In this document: positions 1 to 9,724 of the stretch, one piece after another
How the letters are laid out: every line of letters begins with the position of its first letter
Position numbering within the stretch: the stretch's first letter is position 1
Assembly: GCA_963843795.1 (NCBI GenBank)
Contig: CAWJLW010000006.1
Location: 3,360,375-3,424,374 of the forward strand
Length of the DNA stretch: 64,000 nucleotides
Source of the DNA: an uncultured bacterium
GTDB taxonomy: Bacteria > Armatimonadota > Abditibacteriia > Abditibacteriales > Abditibacteriaceae
Reading direction: 5' to 3'
Notes under the pieces: model-generated
Database searches by the model: none
What the model saw: only the letters and a program-made list of their open reading frames with translations
What the model was told of the DNA's origin: nothing
Position numbers and translations under genes: made by a program

Positions 1-844
1 TAACTCGTCCAACCAACGCAATGGAATTGGCGGCAGAGGAGCTGGCGGTTTGGGGTCAGGTGGCGCAGGTAGTGGTGGATTCGGAGGGCGCGGAGCCGGT
101 GGGCGCGGTGGCTTTGGTTTTGGCCGCACGCAAACCGTCGAGCGCATTTTTGGCATTTCCGCAGCGCCTGTTGTACTGGCCGGACAAGCGTTTGTCTTGG
201 GCGACAACGCCGCGTTGTACGCTTTTGACGCTGGCATAATGGATGCCGCGCCGCCACGCGTGGTCGAACCCTCGATCAGCGTAACGGCAGCCGAAGGTGG
301 TTTATCGACACGCGCGCTGGACGCTGACCGGCCACTTTTGATTCCGGGTCGCGCGCCAGTTTACTTTGCAGCGATTTTGAACGATAGCGGTTCGGGCATT
401 AATCCAGACTCAATCAAAGCCAACCTGGATAACGAAGCAGTGCCCGCAGCACGCACCGTTTTTAACATCGCCAGCGGCATATTGACCGTTACGCTCAATT
501 CCAATGCGAATGGAGCGGGCACTAATTTGCCCGATGGCACACACACCATTACCATCGACGCCAAAGATTACGCCGGAAATCCTTTACGCTACACAGGTCG
601 TATTACCGTCGATAACTCAACTCCTCCGCCCTCGCAACAACCGGCAACCGGTGGACGCGGCGGTCGTGGTGGGCGTGGTGGATTTGGTGGACGCGGCGGC
701 AGTTCCGGCGGGTTCGGTGGCAATGATGGCGGATTCGGCGGCGCAGACGGCGGTTTTGACGGCGGCGGTTTCGGTGGATTTGATGGTGGTGGATTTGATG
801 GTGGCGGGTTTGGAGGCAGCAGCAGCGGAGGCCGACGCGAGTAA
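1..844 (+). CDS. 5'-truncated protein: last PQQ/BamB-like propeller blade, Ig-like domain, Gly/Arg/Phe low-complexity tails
   Basis: Frame is open from nt 2. ISAAPVVLAGQAFVLGDNAALYAFD resembles a PQQ-repeat blade, DSGSGINPDSI...DGTHTITIDAKDYAGN is Ig-like, and RGG/DGGF repeats follow. Confidence 0.55.
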   Translation, partial: NSSNQRNGIGGRGAGGLGSGGAGSGGFGGRGAGGRGGFGFGRTQTVERIFGISAAPVVLAGQAFVLGDNAALYAFDAGIMDAAPPRVVEPSISVTAAEGGLSTRALDADRPLLIPGRAPVYFAAILNDSGSGINPDSIKANLDNEAVPAARTVFNIASGILTVTLNSNANGAGTNLPDGTHTITIDAKDYAGNPLRYTGRITVDNSTPPPSQQPATGGRGGRGGRGGFGGRGGSSGGFGGNDGGFGGADGGFDGGGFGGFDGGGFDGGGFGGSSSGGRRE

Positions 845-920
845 TCGTAGCTCGGCGTTGGTCCATTCAGCGCATCGATCTTCAAAATATTGTTTCAAGA
901 AAATGGACGATTTGTCCTCT

Positions 921-955
921 AAGGCCCACGCGAGACGTTGCGTCGCGTGGGCCTT
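921..955 (+). terminator. Putative intrinsic terminator
   Basis: AAGGCCCACGCGA-N9-TCGCGTGGGCCTT followed by TCGTT, downstream of the first gene. Confidence 0.55.
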
Positions 956-978
956 TCGTTATATATTGCCATCACGTT

Positions 979-1022
979 TGCGCCACATCATCCTGCAAGT
1001 ACTTGCAGGATGATGTGGCGCA
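979..1022. repeat. Perfect 44-bp palindrome centred on TGCAAGTACTTGCA
   Basis: TGCGCCACATCATCCTGCAAGT|ACTTGCAGGATGATGTGGCGCA, ending 10 nt before the dprA ATG. Confidence 0.95.
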
Positions 1023-1032
1023 GTGAATTATC

Positions 1033-2292
1033 ATGGCAACGGCTTCCCGACAATTCGATGACAGCGACGCGATGCAGCTCGCGTGGCTGCGTTTGTCTTT
1101 CGTCGCTCTGCCTGCCGGACGTTGCCGTCGCGTGCTGGAGCGTTGGGAAACGCCGCTCGATTTGTTGCAGGCCGCTCACCGCGGATACGAAGCCGAATTG
1201 CTCGAAACTCAAGGATTAACACCGCGCACCGTTGACTTGCTGCGCCAGAACGCGGCGCGCGACCTGACGCCCGCTTTGCAGGCCATCGAAAAAAATCAAT
1301 TGTGGCTGCTTCTGGATTCGCACGAAGATTATCCCGCTGCCCTGCGCGCCATTCCCGACCCACCGCTTTATCTGTGGATGCGCGGCGAAATCGGTCGCGC
1401 CGATGATATGGGCATCGCTATCGTCGGCACGCGCGGCCCCACCGAATACGGCAAAGGCATGGCAATCAAGTTCGCTGGCGATCTGGCGCGGCGCGGTCTG
1501 ACAGTGATTTCGGGTCTAGCTCGCGGCATCGATACCGCCGCACACAAAGGCGCGCTCGCTGCAGGTGGTCGCACGCTCGCGTGTTGCGGCTGCGGTTTGG
1601 ACATCGCGTATCCCAAAGAAAATCGTGGGCTCATGGACGAAGTCTGCGAAAATGGCGCGTGTATCTCCGAATTTGCGCCGACGGTGCATCCCGAACCGTG
1701 GCACTTTCCCGCCCGCAATCGCATCATCAGTGGCCTCAGTCTGGGCACACTCGTCGTCGAGGCTGCACTGCGTTCGGGCGCTTTGCTGACTGCCAACAGC
1801 GCGCTTGAGCAAGGACGTGAAGTTTTCGCGGTTCCGGGCAACGTGCTGAAATCGCAAAGTCGCGGGCCGCACGGATTGATTAAACAAGGCGCCGCGTTGG
1901 TGGAAAACGCCGAAGACATTGTAGAGATTTTGCAGTCGCGCACGTTGCCCTTCGACCGCGATGTGGCACTGGTTTTGAACGAGGTGGGCGACGAGAGCGC
2001 ACAGGAAGAAAGGGAACCCAAAACCAACTTGCAAGTATTTGAGGCGTCCTCAACGACGCCAAAACAGAAACCTCTCGACGCTTCCGCTGCGATTTCCCAG
2101 CGTGTGCGCGCCGATTTGAACGAAACCGAAAATCGCGTTTACAGTCAACTGGAACTTGATGGCCGTCACATGGACGACATCGCGCTGGCTGCTGGAATGA
2201 GTGCAGGTGAAGCGAGCGCAACTTTGTTGATGCTGGAATTAAAACAGTTGGCGCGACGCCTGCCAGGCGGCTTTTTCGAGCGCCTCTCTTGA
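1033..2292 (+). CDS. dprA: DNA-processing protein DprA
   Basis: IAIVGTR, ISGLARGIDTAAH, FPARNRIISGLS and GREVFAVPG motifs, C-terminal winged helix, upstream of topA. Confidence 0.96.
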   Translation: MATASRQFDDSDAMQLAWLRLSFVALPAGRCRRVLERWETPLDLLQAAHRGYEAELLETQGLTPRTVDLLRQNAARDLTPALQAIEKNQLWLLLDSHEDYPAALRAIPDPPLYLWMRGEIGRADDMGIAIVGTRGPTEYGKGMAIKFAGDLARRGLTVISGLARGIDTAAHKGALAAGGRTLACCGCGLDIAYPKENRGLMDEVCENGACISEFAPTVHPEPWHFPARNRIISGLSLGTLVVEAALRSGALLTANSALEQGREVFAVPGNVLKSQSRGPHGLIKQGAALVENAEDIVEILQSRTLPFDRDVALVLNEVGDESAQEEREPKTNLQVFEASSTTPKQKPLDASAAISQRVRADLNETENRVYSQLELDGRHMDDIALAAGMSAGEASATLLMLELKQLARRLPGGFFERLS

Positions 2293-2401
2293 AACTATTC
2301 TGCAATCGACTTGCAACCCTGCGCCCAAACAGCGAAAATACGCGCCGCAAGTACTTGCAAGCACTTGTAGCGACTTGAATTGAAAATTTACAATTACGAC
2401 C

Positions 2402-4771
2402 ATGGCTAAATCTCTATTAATCGTCGAATCTCCGACGAAAGTGAAAACTTTGAAATCGTTTTTAGGCCCCGATTTCACGATCATGGGTTCGCAGGGTCAC
2501 GTCCGCGACCTGCCCAAAAGCGGCCTTTCCGTAGACATCGAACACGATTTCAAACCCGAATACGAACTCCTCGAAGATCGCGGTCATATCATTGACGCCA
2601 TGCGCAAAGCCGCGCGTAACGCCGATCATATTTATCTCGCGTCCGACCCCGACCGTGAAGGCGAAGCCATCGCGTGGCACATTCGCGAAGCCTTGAATTT
2701 GAAAAAAGTGCATCGCATCCAGTTCAACGAAATCACTAAAACCGCCGTGCAACGCGCGATTGACAGTCCCGGCGAAATTAATATGGATCGCGTCAACGCT
2801 CAGCAAGCGCGCCGCGTGCTCGACCGCATCATCGGCTACAAAGTTTCGCCATTGCTGGCACGCAAAATCGTGCGCGGCTTGTCTGCTGGCCGCGTGCAAT
2901 CGGTCGCGGTGCGTTTAGTTTGCGACCGCGAACGCGAAATTCAAGCCTTTAAAATTGAAGAATACTGGAGCGTCACCGCGCTCGTTTCGCCGCAAGACAA
3001 AGATTTTCCGTTTCCCGCAAAATTGTTGACACGCGAAAACAAAAAGCTCGAAATTCACAACGAAGACGAAGCGATGGAACTCGTTGAAGCGCTACGTCCG
3101 CTGCCTTATATTGTGAAAGACGTAAAGCGCCGCGAGAAAAAACGCAACGCGCCCGCGCCGTTCATCACCAGCACTTTGCAGCAAGAAGCCAGCAAGCAAT
3201 TAGGTTTTTCTGCCAAACGAACCATGATTGTCGCGCAGCAACTTTACGAAGGCATCGCGCTTGGCGGCAGCGAAAGCGTTGGCTTGATTACCTATATGCG
3301 CACCGACTCAACTGCCATTGCCAAGGAAGCGCAGGAAAAAGCGCGCGAAGTAATTACCGAGCGTTTCGGCGCGGAATTTCTGCCCGACAAGCCGCCGGTG
3401 TTCAAAAATCGCAAAAGTGCACAAGAAGCGCACGAAGCGATTCGGCCTTCTTATATCGACCGCATTCCCGAAGAAATCGAAGGTTACCTCGAGCGTGATC
3501 AATTCCGTTTGTATCGCTTGATCTGGCGTCGGTTTGTCGCCTCGCAGATGAAACCCGCTGTCATGGATGTGACAACGGTTGATATCGCGGCGGGCGAATT
3601 TGGTTTGCGCGCCAGCGGTTCAATTATCAAATTTGCCGGTTTCCTGAGCGTTTATCAGGAAGCGCGTGACGAAGACGCTGCCGAAGAAAGCGCCGATGAC
3701 GAAAACAACGAGCGCACCTTGCCGGAATTGCATAACGACCAAGCACTTGATTTGAAAGAATTGCTGCCCAAGCAACATTTCACGCAACCGCCGCCGCGCT
3801 ATACCGAAGCGACTTTGGTGAAAGCGCTGGAAGAAAACGGCATTGGTCGGCCTTCAACTTATGCACAAACGATGTCCACGATTCAAGATCGCGGTTATGT
3901 TGAGCAAGAGCAGCGTCGCTTTTCACCCACGGAACTTGGCTTTTTGGTGAATGATAAATTGATGCAGCATTTTCCAGATGTGGTCGATGTGCAGTTCACA
4001 GCAGGCGTCGAAGCCAAATTGGATGATGTGGAAGAAGGCAAGCAGAATTGGGTCGATTTATTGAAAGAATGGTATGAGCCGTTCTCCAAAGAATTGGCTT
4101 TGGCCAAAACCGAAATGGAAAAAGTCGGGCCGGTGGAAACCGATTTCGATTGTCCGAATTGTGGCAAGAAAATGGTTTTGAAGCGCGGACGTTTTGGTAA
4201 CTTCTTATCGTGCTCGGATTATCCCGAATGTAAAACTTCAATGGATATCGACGCCGAAGGCAATCCGGCGCCGCGCGAGGAAAAAGTCGCGCCGGTTATT
4301 GAAGGCATCGACCCCGAAGCCACGCGCGATTGCGAAAAATGCGGCAAACCCATGGCCGTGCGCACTTCGCGCATGGGCGTTTTCTGGGGCTGCACCGGCT
4401 ACCCGAAATGCAAAAACCTCATTCCCATTGAAGGCGCCAAAGTGCAAGGCCAAACCGCGCCACCGGTCGAATTGACCGATCACGCGTGTCCGAATTGCGG
4501 CAAACCATTGGCTTTGCGAAAGGGTCGTTTCGGCCCATTCTTAGGTTGCAGCGGTTATCCCGATTGCAAAACAATTGTCAAGTTGGACAAAGATGGCAAT
4601 CCGCGTATGGATACAGCGACCGCGCCTGATGGCAAACGCCCTGATGCTCCAGCTAAAGCAACGGCGAAAAAGACGACCAAGAAAGCACCTGCGAAGAAGA
4701 AAACGACGGCCAAAAAACCGGCTGCCAAAAAAGCGCCTGCCAAAAAGGAAGTTGTAGAAGTCGGAGCCTGA
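2402..4771 (+). CDS. topA: Type IA DNA topoisomerase I
   Basis: LIVESPTK and SDPDREGEAI (TOPRIM), SAGRVQS, active site LITYMRTDS, GIGRPSTY, three C4 zinc ribbons, Lys/Ala-rich tail. Confidence 0.98.
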   Translation: MAKSLLIVESPTKVKTLKSFLGPDFTIMGSQGHVRDLPKSGLSVDIEHDFKPEYELLEDRGHIIDAMRKAARNADHIYLASDPDREGEAIAWHIREALNLKKVHRIQFNEITKTAVQRAIDSPGEINMDRVNAQQARRVLDRIIGYKVSPLLARKIVRGLSAGRVQSVAVRLVCDREREIQAFKIEEYWSVTALVSPQDKDFPFPAKLLTRENKKLEIHNEDEAMELVEALRPLPYIVKDVKRREKKRNAPAPFITSTLQQEASKQLGFSAKRTMIVAQQLYEGIALGGSESVGLITYMRTDSTAIAKEAQEKAREVITERFGAEFLPDKPPVFKNRKSAQEAHEAIRPSYIDRIPEEIEGYLERDQFRLYRLIWRRFVASQMKPAVMDVTTVDIAAGEFGLRASGSIIKFAGFLSVYQEARDEDAAEESADDENNERTLPELHNDQALDLKELLPKQHFTQPPPRYTEATLVKALEENGIGRPSTYAQTMSTIQDRGYVEQEQRRFSPTELGFLVNDKLMQHFPDVVDVQFTAGVEAKLDDVEEGKQNWVDLLKEWYEPFSKELALAKTEMEKVGPVETDFDCPNCGKKMVLKRGRFGNFLSCSDYPECKTSMDIDAEGNPAPREEKVAPVIEGIDPEATRDCEKCGKPMAVRTSRMGVFWGCTGYPKCKNLIPIEGAKVQGQTAPPVELTDHACPNCGKPLALRKGRFGPFLGCSGYPDCKTIVKLDKDGNPRMDTATAPDGKRPDAPAKATAKKTTKKAPAKKKTTAKKPAAKKAPAKKEVVEVGA

Positions 4772-4783
4772 CTGTTGTTTTGA

Positions 4784-4817
4784 AAATCGGCCCTGCAAGT
4801 ACTTGCAGGGCCGATTT
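4784..4817. terminator. 34-bp perfect palindrome (motif-centred) after topA
   Basis: AAATCGGCCCTGCAAGT|ACTTGCAGGGCCGATTT, 12 nt after the stop codon. Confidence 0.6.
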
Positions 4818-4847
4818 CGTGTCTGATATTCAACATTTCACTCAATT

Positions 4848-5612
4848 ATGATTCGTTTGGGCGTAGTTTCTTATCTCAATTCGCTGCCATTATGGAAGCC
4901 GTTACAAGGGCGCGACGATATCGAAATTGTGCGCGCGGTGCCGTCAAAGCTGCAAGGTTTGCTGGATGCGGGCGAAGTCGATGCAGCGCTCCTGCCGATT
5001 GTCGATCACTTCCGACACGGCGGCCATCTGGTTTCCGATGCGTGCATTGGTGCCGAGGGCGCGGTGCGCTCGGTGCTTTTGTTGTCGCAAAAACCTTTGG
5101 CCGAAATTGAAAGCGTCGCCGCCGATACCAGTTCGCATTCTTCGGTCGCCCTGACGCGCGTTTTGTTACAAGACGCAATTGGCATCGCGCCGCCGTTTTT
5201 CGATTTTAAGCCCGATTTGCCCGCAATGTGGCAGGAACACGACGCCGCGCTGATTATCGGCGATGCCGCGCTCGAAGCGGTGCAAAAAGGTTTGCCCAAA
5301 AACGCTGTCGTGTGGGATTATGGCGCGGCGTGGCAGGAATTAACCGGCTTACCGTTCGTCTTTGCTGCGTGGATCGCGCGCGACAATTTGTCGCAAAACC
5401 AATTGGATGAACTGAGCGTTTTGCTTTCGAGTGCGCGCGACGTGGGCGAAACACGAATTCCGCAATTAGCGCGCGAAGCCAATCATCAGACGCTTCCGAC
5501 CGCACTTATCGAAAGCTATCTCAGCGATGCAATCGGTTACCACATCACCCCCAAACACCAAGAGGCAATTAACGAATTTCGCGCGCGTTGCGCCAAATAT
5601 CATTTGATTTAA
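4848..5612 (+). CDS. mqnA: Chorismate dehydratase, futalosine menaquinone pathway
   Basis: IRLGVVSYLNSLPL, GAVRSVLL, SHSSVAL, ALIIGDAAL, WQELTGLPFVFAAW. Confidence 0.9.
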   Translation: MIRLGVVSYLNSLPLWKPLQGRDDIEIVRAVPSKLQGLLDAGEVDAALLPIVDHFRHGGHLVSDACIGAEGAVRSVLLLSQKPLAEIESVAADTSSHSSVALTRVLLQDAIGIAPPFFDFKPDLPAMWQEHDAALIIGDAALEAVQKGLPKNAVVWDYGAAWQELTGLPFVFAAWIARDNLSQNQLDELSVLLSSARDVGETRIPQLAREANHQTLPTALIESYLSDAIGYHITPKHQEAINEFRARCAKYHLI

Positions 5613-5614
5613 GC

Positions 5615-5650
5615 GAAAAGCACGCTGCAAGTACTTGCAGCGTGCTTTTC
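5615..5650. terminator. 36-bp perfect palindrome, likely bidirectional terminator
   Basis: GAAAAGCACGCTGCAAGT|ACTTGCAGCGTGCTTTTC between convergent genes. Confidence 0.7.
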
Positions 5651-6476
5651 ATTTTTCCCACGCCATCCAATGCGGATGCTTATCCAGTCGCATTTGCATA
5701 TCGCGCCACGCATCTAAACTCGCGCGCAAATTCGCGTATGCATCGCCGCCGATGCCGTAACCTTGAAAGCCGACCGACCCTTGATAATCGATTTCGCGCA
5801 GCAAGGCCGCGATGGAAAAATTGTCCAATTCGCCACGATCTAAAGTTTCAATTGTGCAATCGCGCTGATTATTTTGAACCTTGGCGGTGCTGCCGTTCAA
5901 ATTCACCGCGCGCAAAAGCGGCGCGGCATCTTTCAATAATTTCGGTAAATCGTGCAGATTTTGATTGGGCAAAGCGAACCAGTGATAAGCGCAAAACACG
6001 ACGCCTAAACGTGGCTGCAGGAAGTTGCGGGCAACTTGTAACGCCGTTTCCAAACGGTCGAGCCAGAAACCGATGTGCGGATAAAGCGCAATTTGTAAAT
6101 CGTTTTCATCCGCTGCCCGTAAAATCGACTGAAGCCATTTTTCCAGACGCGCATCGTTGGTCGAAAACGCTTCTGCGCCCACAATTGCCAATTCGATACG
6201 CGTGTTGGCAGGCATGGTTTTCATCGCTTCGAGAAAGCGATGGTTCGCGCCTCCGCGATCATCCAAATCTAAAGTCCAGTAAACGCCGGAAACCTGAATG
6301 CCGAAATCGCGAAAGACGTGCTTGATTTTCGGCAAATCTTCCCACGCTTCTTCGCTCCACAAAGTGAGATAAGTGCCATCGTAACCCAATTGGTGCAATA
6401 TTTCGCAACGCGCTTCCCAACGGTAAACACCCAGAGAATTGTAAAAGTAGGTGTCCATCGCGTAAACGGAATTCAT
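5649..6476 (-). CDS. Sugar phosphate isomerase/epimerase (xylose isomerase-like TIM barrel)
   Basis: IALYPH, GVVFCAYHW, LDRGELD and YQGSVG motifs; GGAGGA RBS before the ATG at 6476. Confidence 0.7.
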   Translation of the reverse strand: MNSVYAMDTYFYNSLGVYRWEARCEILHQLGYDGTYLTLWSEEAWEDLPKIKHVFRDFGIQVSGVYWTLDLDDRGGANHRFLEAMKTMPANTRIELAIVGAEAFSTNDARLEKWLQSILRAADENDLQIALYPHIGFWLDRLETALQVARNFLQPRLGVVFCAYHWFALPNQNLHDLPKLLKDAAPLLRAVNLNGSTAKVQNNQRDCTIETLDRGELDNFSIAALLREIDYQGSVGFQGYGIGGDAYANLRASLDAWRDMQMRLDKHPHWMAWEK

Positions 6477-6504
6477 GTTTTCCTCCTGCAAGTACTTGCA
6501 GCGC

Positions 6505-9246
6505 TTATGGCTTCTTCGGCGCTGTCATTTGCGCGTCGATGCGATACCAGACGGTTCCGTCGGCGGGCGAAATAATGAATTTTAAGCGCCCGTTTTCCAG
6601 TTGCGCGGGAATTTCGCCTTTCACTGTGCCAGTCGTATCTAAAGCGTAAACGCGCGCCGACGAAGCCAGAGTGGGCAGCGAAACTTGAGCTTGCACGCCC
6701 CACACTTGCACCGGCCCGTTCGACCACGCATCGGCTGCGAAATTACGCTCCTGATTCCATTGCAAAGCGGGATTTTCCGCTTTGTCAATCGCCGTCAACA
6801 GCAGCGAACTCGAAAGCTGCGTCGGTTTGCCGTCCATCGCGGTTAGTAAGATATTGGCGAAATTACGCGGCGTGGGCGCGACTTGCAAGCGCAGGCCGCC
6901 AACTTCGGTAGGCAAACCGCCCAGAAAACCCACCGCGCCTTTGGCACCGGGCGAATTAATGAGAAAACGCGACTGCGCATCGGTGTGCAGCCATTCCAAT
7001 TGCGAGGGCGCCGCATCGCTGACATCGCGCTCCTGACGTTCTAAAGCCGCTTCGCGCGCATCGTTATCGAAACGCAGCGCCGAGCGATATTTCACAAAAT
7101 CGCGCGCTTCAACTTTCGGTTGGTTCGTGGCAGCATTGTCCTTTGCTTCGGCTTTTGTATCGCTTTTCAAAGCCTGCGGCCAGAAATCGTATTCGCTGCG
7201 CGCGGCGACGAGTTCATCAATGCGGCGTGTAGGCACAGTTAAAACCTGACGTTGCGGCGCGCGGCCAATGTAACCGCGCAGCCACATTTGCGCGGCTCCG
7301 GGCAGAAAGGCCATTTTGGCGGGATGCGCGGCGATGTCGAAATAACCGTCGATGTGGTCGCGGCGAAATTCGGTTTGGCCATTGTAGGCGAACAAGAAAA
7401 TGCCGTCCCAATCTTGCCACGCGGCGTAAGAAAAAATCATTGGCACCATTTCGCCTGCAAATTCGTTGGGTGCGGGATGATCATATTCGGTCACGATAAA
7501 CGGTTTGTCAAGCACGCGGTGCATTGCCAGACCGCTGAGCGTTCCTGCTTTGCTATCGGCGACCATTGAACTGTTGGCAATACGATAATCATTGGCGTCC
7601 CACGCTTGGTTGGGAAAATTGGGATGCTGCCAGTAAGCGTGCATATCAATGACATCGAGATTCGATTCGCGCCACACACCGCCCAAGCCGCCATAGCTGG
7701 CCTGAGAACTGAGAAGAGGCGCGCGGCTTCCGGTCTGGCGAATGGTTTCGCTCATTACGCGCGTGTAATCGCCCTCGACACCGCGCAGGAAATTGGCGTA
7801 ATCGCGACCCGCTGCGGTCGCACTCAAAGCAGGCAGAGGAATGGAGGCATCATCAATGGTTTGGTCGGCCCGCAGTTCCACGCTGCCGCCACCGCTGCGT
7901 AGCGAAACGTCGCCGATTTGAAAATCGACCGCGCTGTTGCCAAAAGTGAACGAGATGCGCGTGTGGTCGGCTACAACGTCCTGTGCGCGGAATGAATAAG
8001 AAAAGCGCTTCCAGTTGGTATCCAATGCGGCGGGCGCATCCAGGCCCACAAAACTCCAAGGATCGACATCGCGGCGCGCGCCCACGGTTACATTGCGTGC
8101 GGCTTCGGCGCGCGCGGCAAAAGTCAAGGTGTAGAGTTGGCCTTCCTGCAAATTCAAGCCTTTGAAATGCAACTGCAAATGCCAGTCGGTGCTATCAGTT
8201 TGAATCGGATGCACGCGCAACACGCGGCCACCGGGCGCATTGGTCGCGCCGGTCGGGTCCTCGACGCGAAGTTCGGCTTTGGTCTCACCCTGATTTTCCA
8301 TGCTCCAACCGTCAGTACCCGTCGTGAAACGCGCGTTGGTCAACAGTTCGGCGCCCAGCGGCATCGCGTCGCGGTTCCAGCCTTCCACAACTTTCGCAGT
8401 CGTTTTGTAACGCCCGCGCAGCCACGCGTTCCAACGCGTTTGCAGTTCCTGCACATACGGCTGGGGCAGTTCGCGCACCGCGTTGGCCTGCCCCAAAAGT
8501 GTGTCCTCGTTAGTCATTTCGACAATCGCTACGACCGGGTCTTGCGCGTAGGTTTGCTTGGTGTAAAGGTTGGTGTGGCCGAGAATTTTGCGCGCGAAAT
8601 CTTGCTGCAACTGAATGGCTCGCTGATCGAAATACGACACGACTTTGCCCTGCGGATCGATTTTATCGGCATCGGGAAAGCCATCTGCCGTGCTCCATTC
8701 GCGCGTGACGTGCAAGTTCAAATCGACGTAAATGCCATGCTGTTTGAGTTGAAAAACCAGCCAGTCCAAGCGCTCCATGCTTTCAGGCGAAAGTTCGCCT
8801 GCCGTCGTTTTGCCCTGCGAAGCGCCCTCGAAATAGAACAGATTTGGCTTGGCCCACGGTGCGTCCATGTGATGTAAACGCACGCAATTGAAACCATATT
8901 TGCGCAAACGCGCGGCGATAGCCGGCGCATCAGCTTTGGGCGGAAAACACGCGCCCGCCGCGAAATTGGTGCCCAGAAAGCGCACGCGACGTCCGGTGGC
9001 ATCGCGAAAATGTCCGTCTTGAACTTTCAAACGCCGCGTCTCATCAATCGGGGCCGGATTGAGACTCGATACATCGGTGATCGTCACCAATTTGTCGTCC
9101 CACGGCAGAGCGAAATCAAACGGTTTGGGATCCATTGGCGCAGTTGTTGTGGCATTAACATCGGAAAGCTGAGCGTTGACTTCCTGAGCGCACAACGTGG
9201 CAGAAGAAAAAAACAGCAGAGCGAGAACGGGAAAGAATGGTTTCAC
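6505..9246 (-). CDS. Secreted glycoside hydrolase (GH5-like TIM barrel with inserted CBM4/9 module)
   Basis: Signal peptide, GFNCVRLHHMD, EMTNED (acid/base), HAYWQHP, FIVTEY (nucleophile), CBM4/9-like WHLQL...LTFAARA. GTG start inferred. Confidence 0.75.
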   Translation of the reverse strand: MKPFFPVLALLFFSSATLCAQEVNAQLSDVNATTTAPMDPKPFDFALPWDDKLVTITDVSSLNPAPIDETRRLKVQDGHFRDATGRRVRFLGTNFAAGACFPPKADAPAIAARLRKYGFNCVRLHHMDAPWAKPNLFYFEGASQGKTTAGELSPESMERLDWLVFQLKQHGIYVDLNLHVTREWSTADGFPDADKIDPQGKVVSYFDQRAIQLQQDFARKILGHTNLYTKQTYAQDPVVAIVEMTNEDTLLGQANAVRELPQPYVQELQTRWNAWLRGRYKTTAKVVEGWNRDAMPLGAELLTNARFTTGTDGWSMENQGETKAELRVEDPTGATNAPGGRVLRVHPIQTDSTDWHLQLHFKGLNLQEGQLYTLTFAARAEAARNVTVGARRDVDPWSFVGLDAPAALDTNWKRFSYSFRAQDVVADHTRISFTFGNSAVDFQIGDVSLRSGGGSVELRADQTIDDASIPLPALSATAAGRDYANFLRGVEGDYTRVMSETIRQTGSRAPLLSSQASYGGLGGVWRESNLDVIDMHAYWQHPNFPNQAWDANDYRIANSSMVADSKAGTLSGLAMHRVLDKPFIVTEYDHPAPNEFAGEMVPMIFSYAAWQDWDGIFLFAYNGQTEFRRDHIDGYFDIAAHPAKMAFLPGAAQMWLRGYIGRAPQRQVLTVPTRRIDELVAARSEYDFWPQALKSDTKAEAKDNAATNQPKVEARDFVKYRSALRFDNDAREAALERQERDVSDAAPSQLEWLHTDAQSRFLINSPGAKGAVGFLGGLPTEVGGLRLQVAPTPRNFANILLTAMDGKPTQLSSSLLLTAIDKAENPALQWNQERNFAADAWSNGPVQVWGVQAQVSLPTLASSARVYALDTTGTVKGEIPAQLENGRLKFIISPADGTVWYRIDAQMTAPKKP

Positions 9247-9307
9247 AGATAAGCCTTCTGACAAAGATGGCTTGCAGTGTGCAACTATCGCCAATAATCG
9301 GCAAACA

Positions 9308-9341
9308 AAAACGCTCCTGCAGGTAGCTGCAGGAGCGTTTT
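9308..9341 (-). terminator. Hairpin with variant core TGCAGGTAGCTGCA
   Basis: AAAACGCTCCTGCAG-GTAG-CTGCAGGAGCGTTTT, downstream of the DUF3072 gene. Confidence 0.6.
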
Positions 9342-9367
9342 GCGCATGTCGCTTTCGTGTCCGACGC

Positions 9368-9613
9368 TTATTCTTTACCGCGTCCGGTTTGGCTTTGAAG
9401 TTCGTCGATGCGCTTGGAAGCCTCGGCTTTGGTCAAGTTTTCGTCGAACTCTTCGCCAGCTTGATCGGACAAAGTTTTCAAATACGATTTCTGTGCGCCA
9501 GTCATCGGCTCATCGCCGGTCGTCCACTCGTCAGGATCCTTCACAGCATTAGAATTGTCGTCGCTATTTATCGCGTCGTGCGCGGCGTTGTCTTGCGGTG
9601 TGTTAACGCTCAT
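9368..9613 (-). CDS. DUF3072 family small protein
   Basis: KDPDEWTTGDEPMTGAQKSYLKTL...LTKAEASKRIDEL is typical of the family. Confidence 0.88.
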   Translation of the reverse strand: MSVNTPQDNAAHDAINSDDNSNAVKDPDEWTTGDEPMTGAQKSYLKTLSDQAGEEFDENLTKAEASKRIDELQSQTGRGKE

Positions 9614-9724
9614 AATCTAATCATCCTCCGCCGATTTGGCAAAGCAAAACAAGTGCCGGTTGCAAGTACTTGCACGGCATTTGCTGCAAGTACTCGCAGA
9701 AAACTTTCTGACTTCCACTTTATT

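Noticed and set aside
589..885. Pro-rich minus-strand ORF
   Set aside because: It is the antisense reading of the Gly-rich tail.
4650..4771. Lys/Ala-rich TopA tail as a novelty
   Set aside because: Basic AKK-type tails are common in bacterial TopA proteins.
8238..8265. DPTGAT in the CBM4/9 hydrolase as an ApbE flavinylation site
   Set aside because: Spacing differs from the usual D-x-x-S/T-G-A-S/T pattern, it is not in an FMN-binding domain, and it is far from apbE.
9197..9724. Long N-terminal ORF extensions (malic enzyme; also ORFs starting 12951, 24308, 40034, 42975, 55078)
   Set aside because: They overlap opposite-strand genes or read through the stop-free palindrome; internal starts fit the protein families better.
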